Shown here: one piece after another, positions 1 through 10,400 of the stretch | Layout of the letters: every line of letters starts with the position of its first letter | Numbering within the stretch: position 1 is the stretch's first letter | Assembly (NCBI GenBank): GCA_963924565.1 | Contig: OZ004610.1 | Location: 19,654,001-19,718,000 of the forward strand | DNA: 64,000 nt | Reading direction: 5' to 3' | Source: Ascidiella aspersa | Taxonomy: Eukaryota | Made by a program: the position numbers and the translations under genes | The notes under the pieces: generated by a model | What the model saw: the letters and a program-made list of their open reading frames with translations, nothing else | The model's database searches: none | What the model was told of the DNA's origin: nothing

Positions 1-1
1 A

Positions 2-1795
2 CTCTCAAAGTTTATTCCGCGATTGTCGCAGGTAACGAAACCACTTAGAGACCTGTTAACAAAGGATCAGAAGTGGAGATGGGAGAAAATACATGAAGAT
101 GCCTTCATCGAGATCAAGAATATGCTTACTACCACACCGACATTAGTGCATTATAATCCAAGTTTAAAAATTGTTGTATCTGCAGATGCTTCATCTTACG
201 GCCTGGGTGCAGTACTTCGACAAGAAGTTGATGGCGACTTGAAGCCTGTAGCATATGCCTCGCGATCACTAAATCCAACTGAGCAACGGTATGCTCAGAT
301 AGAAAAAGAAGCTTTGGCGGTAACGTGGGCATGTGAAAAGTTTAGAGATTTCCTAATAGGCTTACGATTCTGCATTGAAACCGACCATAAACCTCTAATC
401 AGTTTATTTATGAAGAAAAATCTTGACGAATTGTCTCCGAGAATTCAGCGTTTTCGAATGAGATTGGCGTGGTATGATTTTACCATTACTTTTGTCGCAG
501 GTAAAAATCTATTAACTCCGGATACGTTGTCCCGATCACCTGTTTCTTGCCAGAATGAAGACGAGTTGCAGTTTATGAATTTGGTGGAAGCTCAAGTCGA
601 TGCTGTTATAAAGTTTTTGCCAGCCACTGACAAGAGACTCGAGGAAATTCGTAGAGCCATTCAAACCGATTCAACATGCCTGAAAATTATCGAGTACTGT
701 CAAAGTAAGTGGTCAGATATAGTTATTAATGACCTTGTTCCTTATAAAAGGGTTTCTTCCGACCTTGCCTACCACAGAGGACTCTTGATGAAGGGAGATC
801 GGTTGGTGGTACCGGAGGATCTACGAGGTAGTGTACTTTCCAGCATTCACGAGGGTCACCAGGGGATTACAAAATGTCGTAATCGTGCCAAATCAGCCGT
901 TTGGTGGCCGGGGTTAAACTCCGATGTGGAATCTTTCGTGAGTAGGTGTCATATATGTACTCAGTTACGCAGCCGCAGTCCGGAAATGATGATACCAACG
1001 AAACTCCCAGATTATCCATGGCAGAAAGTGGGCTGTGACTTATTTTACTTTAACAATAAACATTACTTGGTTGTCGTAGATTACTTTTCCCGTTTTATTG
1101 AAATAGGTTTACTAAACAAAGACATCGGGTCGGACAACCTTATTATTCATTTAAAGTCCATTTTCGCAAGACATGGGAATCCAGAAGAGGTTATGTCCGA
1201 CAACGGCCCTCAGTTTTCATCGATGACATTCGCAAAGTTTGCGGACAGTTTTGGATTTCGCCATGTGACGAGTAGTCCACATTTTCCGCAGAGCAACGGA
1301 GAGGCGGAGAGAGCAGTTCAAACGGTGAAAAACTTGTTACATAAATCGGGCGACCCTTATATAGCGTTGCTGGCATACCGGGCAACACCGTTGCAATGTG
1401 GTTGGTCACCAGCGGAGCTGTCGATGGGGAGAAGAGTGAGATCAACGGTGCCAGGACTCCCACAACATCTGGTGCCACAATGGCCTTATCTAGACTCGTT
1501 TCGCAGCGCGGACGAGCAAGTAAAACGTCGTCAAAAGCGAGACTTCGATAAACGTCATCGCAGTCGAGATTTGCCGTCTCTATCTCCAGGCACTTATGCT
1601 TGGATAAATCACGATAACGCATGTAAAGAGTGTACTGTTGCCTCACAATGTGATAATGTACCACGTTCGTATGTTGTTGATGATGGTGCTAGAATGCTAC
1701 GCAGAAATAGACGCGATGTAATTCCTATCCCTGTTGAACCTGTATATACTCGTTCTGGTCGTTTGGTAAAGCCTCCCGAGCGGCTTAACTTATAA
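2..1795 (+). CDS. pol: Gypsy Pol polyprotein, partial (RT C-terminus, RNase H, integrase)
   Basis: RNase H motifs DASSYGLGAVL, YAQIEKEALAV and TDHKPL. Integrase Zn finger HEGHQG...CHIC and DDE residues (GCDLF, SDNGPQF, NGEAER). The frame is open from the window edge to TAA at 1793-1795. Confidence 0.95.
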   Translation, partial: LSKFIPRLSQVTKPLRDLLTKDQKWRWEKIHEDAFIEIKNMLTTTPTLVHYNPSLKIVVSADASSYGLGAVLRQEVDGDLKPVAYASRSLNPTEQRYAQIEKEALAVTWACEKFRDFLIGLRFCIETDHKPLISLFMKKNLDELSPRIQRFRMRLAWYDFTITFVAGKNLLTPDTLSRSPVSCQNEDELQFMNLVEAQVDAVIKFLPATDKRLEEIRRAIQTDSTCLKIIEYCQSKWSDIVINDLVPYKRVSSDLAYHRGLLMKGDRLVVPEDLRGSVLSSIHEGHQGITKCRNRAKSAVWWPGLNSDVESFVSRCHICTQLRSRSPEMMIPTKLPDYPWQKVGCDLFYFNNKHYLVVVDYFSRFIEIGLLNKDIGSDNLIIHLKSIFARHGNPEEVMSDNGPQFSSMTFAKFADSFGFRHVTSSPHFPQSNGEAERAVQTVKNLLHKSGDPYIALLAYRATPLQCGWSPAELSMGRRVRSTVPGLPQHLVPQWPYLDSFRSADEQVKRRQKRDFDKRHRSRDLPSLSPGTYAWINHDNACKECTVASQCDNVPRSYVVDDGARMLRRNRRDVIPIPVEPVYTRSGRLVKPPERLNL

Positions 1796-1825
1796 GTTTA
1801 ACGTTCAACATTCTAGAAAGGGAGA

Positions 1826-1991
1826 TGTAGAGTTGTTGTATAATACTGTGTTGTATAGGATTGTTGAGTGCGACCTTTATGACGTATTGCTGTGCCTGTA
1901 TATAAGCGCCACTCTTGCAGTACTTCTGTTATTCATTACTTGTATTCTAATACGTCGCTGTGTGTCACGTACCCTGCCAGTAAATACTACA
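1826..1991 (+). repeat. 3' LTR (166 bp)
   Basis: Starts TGTAG directly after the PPT and ends CTACA (5-bp inverted termini). TATATAA at ~1898; AGTAAA polyA-like signal at ~1979. Confidence 0.85.
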
Positions 1992-2316
1992 AAATCTAAG
2001 TAATCTGTGATACTCAAATCAGCAACAACAATTATATTGTTAGTTTAATATCAAACTAGTTACATACAAAAAAGAAACTTGCACTGTTATTCATCAATAT
2101 TATTATTTGTCATAAATTCATGCATTGTTGATATTCTGATATTTATTTAAAAATAACTATACTCATCCAGTTGAAGTGGAATTACTTGCAGGCTTTACTT
2201 TGATAGTTTTGTTGTAAATGGTTTAGTGATGAATTCCAGTTCAAAGATTCTAGGTGTGTTCCTGCAATCAAAATTATTTGACTAAACCTATTAACAGTCA
2301 CAGTGCGGACTAAACC

Positions 2317-2490
2317 GGTGCTGGTCTAGAATCCTTCCACAACGAAACATTATTTGGGTTAGGGTTGGTCAAGTATTCTTATTAAATAAAGAATATAATA
2401 ATACTTGACCCACCCACACCCAAACTCGCACCCTAACTCAAATTTTGTGTGTTGATTTTATAACTGTAGTAGGATTCTAGACCAGCGCCC
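2317..2490. mobile_element. Palindromic MITE with GGGTTAGGG-like core (copy 1)
   Basis: TIRs GGTGCTGGTCTAGAATCCT / AGGATTCTAGACCAGCGCC(C), flanked by TAAACC on both sides. Homologous to 4638-4843. Confidence 0.8.
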
Positions 2491-2638
2491 TAAACCGGAT
2501 TTGGCTTTGTCTTTCATCAGTAATAAACTAAACCATAAAAAGCCACCAAAATCAGCAGCCAGACACCTCCCAAAAAGAAAAAATGACAAAAAAGGGCCAA
2601 TTCATAGTCACCTTGCACCGCAACTCCTGTTTAAATAA

Positions 2639-2767
2639 ACTTGTGGTCCTACATTTTGCCATTTGAACACCAGTTAGTGTTGGATTGGGCATCTGGTGGC
2701 CATTGTTTGTTAGTGGATGACAAAGACAAACACCATATAAAACACAGCAACTAATTCAGGACATCCA
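2639..2767 (-). ncRNA. Candidate H/ACA box snoRNA
   Basis: On -: hairpin closed by TGGATG/CATCCA, an ANANNA box (AAACAA), a second hairpin (TGCC/GGCA, AACAC/GTGTT), then ACA 3 nt from the end. ~130 nt, just upstream of an AG acceptor (2627-2628). No target identified. Confidence 0.3.
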
Positions 2768-4472
2768 TGAGATATTAAACGTGTTTATCAACACTTAAAC
2801 ACCCAAATTAATTAATTGCCATAAGCCAAATCTTAGAGTTCATTAAGTTATCTTACGAATTTTTAAATAGGGCTTTAGATTACGCGTTTCAGCTTTCGTT
2901 TGCCAAATATGTTCTTCAGTTACAAAATAACATATTTGATGATGTAAAATTTTCCGTATTGTTGTGTGTAAAATTCCTAAGTTTTTCTGCTTTGGTTCGC
3001 CTCGTTTCAAACTTGACATGTAACCTTTAATCTCGTAATCTATAACAGTCAGTCTTGTGGGCGATGTTCTCACGTTCTGCACAACAAGCCACTTGTTTTG
3101 CTGGCCTCTTACTCCCGCTGCAATTTGGCCTTAGAATGGCCGCTGTAATGCCTAGCCATGTTTTCAGAGTGCCGGCCAGTCTTATTGGCCAAATATGACG
3201 TAACTTTCGTGTTCTTTTTCTTCCTACGTATTGGCTATATACATGTCGTTTCTTAGCGGCTTTGGGCTGTTCTCTAGAGAAGTTTTTGCGAAGTCTTGGC
3301 CGACAGTCGCTGCAATAGGCGGTGGCTGTCTGTCTCACATTAACTTGAAAATAACGTTCACTAATGCTATTTGATAACGTTTTAATTCGTTGTAACAATA
3401 TACTTTTGATTGGAATTTTAGTTGTGGTTATGACAGGTAGCATATCTGACCAGAAACCTTTGCAAACAACAAGAACTCACGCGGTTGCGACCCGCCGGGC
3501 AACTGTATGGGGTCAGGGGCCAGGCCCCAGTGCACAGGTCGCGGCGGGAGCGCAACAGACATCCATGAGATATTAAAAGCAATTAAATAAAATACCTGAT
3601 TCTACTTATGCATATAGCTTCAATTAAACCTTACTACTATCTGCTGCTGTTAATGCTAAGAAATGTTGTTGTCAGAACAGCGTTACCAACCAGCATGGTT
3701 AAATCAAGGCTTATATGTATATGTATTGGTTAAATGTACATAATAAATACATTAACTAGACTGATCAAAAAGGCCATTCCAAAGATTTGTATATCATGTA
3801 AGTTGATTTTACCTAACTTGACGCTGCCTTGTTGCAATAAAAAAATATTTTTCGATGCCAGTAAAAACGAAGTATATTTCTATGAGCAGGAGCTAAAATT
3901 AAGTTATTCTGCTTTATTAGTATTGTGTATAGTACCTAGTATACCAATACATCACTAATCCCTTAAAATTCGGTAAAATAATCACCAAATATTGGCATAA
4001 AGACAATTTTAAGATACCTCTCCCATAAGCCGTAATGCAAAATTTACGCACTTTTGGAACCTTTCAAGATGGCGTAGAAACCTTCGAATTGGCTTCAATT
4101 TTCAACCACTAGTTGCGCTATCCAGGTTTCATAGAGATCAGTGGTGACAGGTGTTATCGATTTAGTGACACTGACAGGGTGTCAAGAAACATTAAAAACT
4201 CAACTCCTCTGTAAGAAACTTTACAGCGTCTTCCCAATCTACAGCTCATAATCGCTTAATTATGTATGTTTTAATCTCATGACGCAGACGAATAAATATA
4301 ATATTACTTAGCCCACCCTAACCATATAAATAGCTGCAGTAAGCATTACGTCCTACCTTATCCTGCCTAACATTTAGTCAAAGTATTTTCCGGTAGACAA
4401 ATTCGCCCGTATAGCCTATATGCAAAATCGCTAGCAACCCCACTCCAACCCTCTGATGTTGTTATCAGCATC

Positions 4473-7400
4473 ATGTCAAGCCTGAAAGTTGTACCTGGAA
4501 GTTTTGGATATCCGATCATTGGAGAAAAAGCTTTGGAGTTTTACAGGTGCATATTTACTGGTTTGATCACTCATGTCAACCATGTTTGACTATTTCATAA
4601 CTAAATGCTTAGGGATTTGCATCTGCATCACCAGTCTGTGCGCTGGCCTAGAATCTTACCACAACTCACATTGTTTGGGTTAGGGTGCGGGGTTAGCATT
4701 TTATGTTAGTGTGGGTGAAGTATTATTATTAAAAAATGAATATAATAATACTTGACCTATCCACAACCAAACGCTAACTCGCACCCTAATCCAAATATTG
4801 TGTGTTGATTTAATAATTGTGGTAGGATTCTAAACCAGCACCCCAGTTTGCATTACATGCATTTTTGTGACAAATTTTAAGGTTTGCAGACGGTGTTCTG
4901 CGACATATTTTAAGGTTTACAGATGACCAATCACGTTTTTTGCACACATGAAGTTCAAGATCTTACCGCAACTCAATCTTTCTTATAAAGTTTAGGTGTG
5001 CCATTGTGTTATTCAGGCGTGCATAAAAATGTAAAAATATCTGGTTTGCACTTGCCAAAGAATGCAGACTGGCTGTTGCAGGTGTGCAATCAAGGTGTTT
5101 AACAACAAGATCTTAACCTTTTTAGGTTTGTTTCTAAGCGAAAACTTAGACTCGCCAGGTGAGCAAGCGGGAAGCAGCTATTAATTAGCACTTGCCCAGA
5201 CAAAATAGCACTCACCAAATTTGTTGGCACGCCATCTGCAAAATTCTGTCCTAGCGCGGTTATTTCTTGGGTTATTGTTAAGCTGTCTTATAGTTTCTAT
5301 AGGTAAACATTAATTTTTATAAAAGTCTGGTAATTTAATTACATGCATGAATGAACAAATTAAAGACCCATAAAGCAGTTTACGCTTAAAACAATGTTTT
5401 TTAGACGAAATATTTTTTTTAGTGAAAAAAATAATACTGACAATTTAGTAGCCAGGGCCTGCCTGTTTTATATTATTTTCACCGCAGGTTGCTTCCTGCC
5501 ACAAACAAAACCATTTCGCTTAACACTTCGCTTAATACATTTCGCTTAACACTATAGTTCATGCCCAGGGTGGTCCAAACCCAGGCCCGCATTGTTAGTG
5601 GCCCGCGAAGTACTGTTGAATTATTGTAATGCGTGCAGTTGAGGGTTTAATCAAAGAAACAAGAATGACTAACGATCAGCAAGCATACTGCAATTGTTTG
5701 CTTATGATCACATTTTTCCGGTTACACCAATAAATAAACCAGTTTACTATTGCTCATCAAATTGGTGTCCAGGGGGTGGCAAGAACATCTAATTTTTGTG
5801 TTAGACCAGTTTGAAAGTTGCAGTACGTCCTATATGCAACTTTCTAAAATGGCTGTTTTGCAAACCTTAATAATTAAACATTTGCGATTTTTTAGTTATA
5901 TTTGCGCTTTGTTTAACGTCTTTTCAAGATAAACATAACATAAAAAGCCCCAGATAAATTACTATTTTGGCCACTTTAAAGTAAATAAACAATAAAATAT
6001 ATCGCGTTTCTGAAAATTATTGTTTTCACTATGACTAAAGGCTAACGCCCTGACCGTTTCATGATGTCATTTCAGCCAAATTGATCTATTTAAAAACATT
6101 CTACGCTTATAACCTATATTAAAAGTTTTGTCAAATATGAATTTTTTTTTTCTGCTTCGCGTGCACCATTTTGCCAGTCTCATAATAATTATTATTCATA
6201 ATATTTTGTTTAAATGGTGCTTATCACAAGTTGTTCTGCACTAACTAATCAATTTTTCTTTCCACTAGCCATTTTAAAGGAAATAACTACTTGCCTGTAT
6301 TGCTCAGTTTCACATGCATCCATAAATTATTGTACATTGATCTTGGTTCAAGAGGTACTATTCAATTTAATTGCAATAAAGTTAAGCAAATTAAGTCTAA
6401 ATTTAAAGCTGAAAATAAAGTCAACAACATGCCCGTTTGGTCATTTTTCAATCAATAGTAGTTTTCCTGTTCCTCTAAAATATTTTCTCTTGTGCAATGT
6501 ATGCAATTTCTCTTCATAGGTTTGTTTGCCCCGAGGGGGAGGGGCTGGGAGGGCACGCCGCTCGACACCACAGGCTTAAAACTGTGGAGTATATGCCTTC
6601 ACAACACGTGTGTCAAAATCAGCTAGATAAAAATCAATGTAGCACAAGCAGTGTGCCAATTCAAAAAAGTCTCCTAAATTACAGTTTAGCCAAATCAACC
6701 AAATAAAACTCAATTGTTTTCGCGCTTCGCGTGACCAACAATACAATTCACTGTTTTTATGGTGTCTCAGTGCATTGATTTGAAAAATGCCGAACTGGTT
6801 TTCGTAGGGGGGAGCGCGAGGCATAGGAAAATTACCAAAGGGGGATGCAACTGAAAAAAGTTTAAAAACCACTGGTTTAAATTATCTGCTTGTGCAAGTT
6901 CTTTGTCTAGACCGTTCCATTCAAAAATGACTCTTTGTGTTAGGCAGAATTTTGTACAATTAGATTTTACTAAAGGCTTTAAGATTTTAAAATAATGACT
7001 CATGTTTTGTTGCTTCTAAGTATAAAAAACTCTTCTTTATTTAAACCTTCTTTTCCATGCATAATTTTACAAACTTCTATAAGGTCTGCCCGTAATTTTC
7101 TCATTTGCAAGCTTAACAGTGGGGTTTCCTGCAATCTAGTGATGTAAGGTTTTTTTTATTTCCTTATCATGCTCTTCGTTGGACTTTTTCTATTGCAATA
7201 ATTTCATATTGTTGGTACAGTCTCCAATCTCCATGCTTAAGTAGCATATTCAAGTATTGGCCTGACTAAGATCTTGTATGGCAGAATATTAGATTTAGTT
7301 TGTTTTCAAATGTTCTTCTAATTCAACCTAACAACTTATTAGCTTTTCCAACGGTTTTCGTAAAGTGTGCTAAAGATTTAGTCATGAGAGATATCAACAC

Positions 7401-10400
7401 CAAGATCCCTCTCAGATGTAACTGTTTCCAGTTGTATACTATTTGTGTAATATGGTAAGACAAAGGGTTTATTGATAAATATATCACCTTGCATTTATTT
7501 TCAACTTCATTTTCCATTTGGTAGCCCATTCAAAGAGTATGTTGAAATTTGAAATCTCAGTAAACAATTATCACAAAACTAAAACTGTGATTCCTGCAAT
7601 GTGACATTGCAAACATTGCACCTGGCGTTGAAAACACGTCGGTGCTTATCGCCGCCAACGCCTAATCAACGCTTGTTATCGTTGTTTCATTTAGCATTTC
7701 GTCTGTCTACAACTCAAGTACTGTAGTCTTAATCAAGCTTAATAACGGAAATATATTTTATTGTTGGGACAAACATTTTCAACAACGTAGAAAACAAGCT
7801 TGTAAGGTACAGCAAACGTCTTCACCGCAGGTCGCTCTATTGAATGTTTTTTATTAGCCTCAATCTCGAAAAAGAGCGCTTGGCCGTCGCATTTTGAAAC
7901 ATAAATTAAAACGTCAGCGAACTATAGCTTTCCGCTAAACTGATAATAAATGGCCGTTTTACCGTAACTTCAGTAATAAGCCATGTGTTTGTGTTTTTTT
8001 TGCTCAGTTTCAGCTGAGTAATTTACTAATTATACAGGGTTCTAAAAGGGCGATTTTGAAGCCACGCTTCATAATATTGGCGAAATTAAACTACAAATAT
8101 CACTAAACTTGTTTAATAAACATCGTTAAGTTTGCTGACAACGAAGTGCAACAGTTTGTGATTGTTACGTCACACAGGCTGTTCTGACACCGCAAATCCA
8201 TATCGTTTCACGCACAATTGAAATCACTTGACAATCGGACGTAAATAAGACAACGAGGTGTTGCAATTTTTCTAACGTCAAACAGACGACTTTAAACAGC
8301 CGTAAGCTCCTAACAATCGCCGTTTTAAGCGTCTAGAATACACGAAACGTAAAATTTTTCGGGCTTCGCCCGTACTTGCTGGAGTTTGTTTACACTATAC
8401 CCCAGGCCCCCTAGTTGGTTTGGGTTACTGATCATGTGACACAGTGGCGTATCCAGGGGGCTGGGGTTTAAGAAAAACTATTGTAACCAAAATCTAACGC
8501 AAAACTCCGTTTTTGTCTTTTTTGGTCGACCGTAAACGCAATATATAATTTATCTCTTTCGATAATTGTTGAGGTTGGCTGATTAATTATCAAGTGTGAA
8601 TTCGACAATTAACAGTTCACTAAGTCAAACCCTCTTTCTTTTCTTACGCTAAAAAGTCGAAGTTAGGCGCAGCTAATGCTCCTTGCTGTTCGCTGTCTGC
8701 TCTAATATTAGATATTGGTTAACAACGGATTAATTTGAACTGAATCAGATTCTCAAAAGGTGGTATAATGATGATTATCATGCGCGTTTTAAAGTCGCCA
8801 TTTTTATGTAATGATAGTTAACGCAAAATTGTTCTCTATAAGCGTATTCTAAGACCATGTGTTTAGTGTGCAGTGGACACAACATATTTTCCTTCAACCG
8901 CAACTTGTATTTTAGCTCACTTGGCACACAGCTAGCACAGATGTTGCGCTAATCGTCGCATAATAACACCAGGAAAAAACGATTTTCGTTTAGTATTGGC
9001 AAAAAGCAGGTGGCCAAAAGCGTGCCGGTAATTTAGCGCTAGTCACGTACATGGAACTTAAGAATCTGCGCTGCTTAACGTAAAAAATTCGACTATCACA
9101 CGTATTTTACGGTCTTGGTTTAGTTTTTCGCCTGGCAGGAGTGTGGACGACGCACGTGTTATTTTGCTGGACGTTAGTTGTTTCTGATTAGAATGCTTTA
9201 TGACGTCATTACGAAAACCTGTGACATATATATTGATCTAAAATTACTAACAAACGTAAAGTCGAAGCAGCAATTGTTCAAATTTCGTGAAATTCAAGCA
9301 AATACATAATTCCGGTACGTATTTGCTGTTTGCTGCATTAAACGCGATATTTTGCAAACTCATTCCAACTGTTGCATAGTTTATACTCTGTTAGGGTTGC
9401 TGAACGTTGTTTGTGTAAGTGTCTTAATGCCTCATGAAAACATGTTTGGGAAATTACTGCAATAATTGCACTATTTTGCGAACTTTGGCTATCTTTTTTG
9501 TGGTTAAACAAACTGCAAAAAGCTATTCAACATAAAAGTATAAACTTTTGCCGAAGCTTAATTTGGTGTTACATTTATATATTATGAAATATATTTCTCT
9601 TTTATAAACTAGATCCTATAGTGACTGATTTTGAATGAGACAAGAAAGTCTATACTGTTTTAGGCAAAGGTTATCAACAAGTATTAGGTTGCTCAAAAAA
9701 CACTATCGCTGCATTGCATGGCTACATTTATTTCAACTGCATGTAAAATTAAGCGTAACCTTAGGTGAAAAAAATTAGAAATTGTATTGCATCCAATAAC
9801 CTGTTATATACTGAAAAACTAAACAAATATGCCTGGACTTAAATCCTAAATCTTATATTCTACTTTGAACATCCCTAGCAAATATGCAGCTCAAAACCAG
9901 TTAAATTGTAGAAAGTACTAAAAAATAGCATTTATGTGGGTAAATTGGCAAAAAATTCATTTATGAAAAAAAACCTGACATGTTTGTTTTTTAAATGTCT
10001 TTAAGGAGAAGGGAAATTACTTGGTGCCCCATGGGTCCGGTGTCAATGTCTTATTTGTTTTTTTCTATTTATCTAAAATTGCAACTATGGCCCATAGGAA
10101 TAACTGAAGTTCTTCGGGTCATATAGTCCAATTCTGCCATTTTCCCTTTTACATCTTGATTTTTTGACAGGGATCCAGTGAACTTTATAGTAAATAAAAA
10201 CCAGCAGTATGGATGTAAATTTTTTGTGGTTAGATTTTTGAACAATCCTACAGTTTTTGTTTCGGATCCTCACTGCATCAAAGAACTTCTTGCTTCAGGT
10301 ATAAAATATGTGCAAAACATTGACAATGTATATATATGAGTTATAATTTTGTTTATCCAGAAAAATCATTGAAATTTGCTTTTGGATATAAAGCGTTTCT

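Larger units (their letters stand above)
1..1991 (+). mobile_element. Ty3/Gypsy LTR retrotransposon, 3' part (5' end lies outside the window)
   Basis: Uninterrupted pol frame with RT-RNaseH-integrase order, then a polypurine tract AGAAAGGGAGA (1815-1825) and a TG...CA LTR. Confidence 0.95.
2163..4400 (-). ncRNA. Putative spliced non-coding transcript (or long 5'UTR) divergent from the P450 gene
   Basis: Chain of GT-AG-bounded exons on -: >=4357, 4018-4238, 3596-3646, 2612-2626, 2163-2261. The spliced product is stop-rich; ATG ORFs I checked were <=33 aa. Confidence 0.3.

Noticed and set aside
129-1664. Antisense ORFs over the Gypsy pol (and similar ones over the LINEs)
   Set aside because: Shadow frames of real coding sequence, with no independent features.
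2019-2096. C/D box snoRNA on - (TTGATGA...CTGA)
   Set aside because: Imperfect C box, no terminal stem and no recognisable guide.
6497-6706. Phase-compatible acceptor at 6519 as P450 exon 2
   Set aside because: The translation (FVCPEGEGLGGHAARH) has no P450 similarity, whereas 10171-10298 gives the expected DPxxF continuation.
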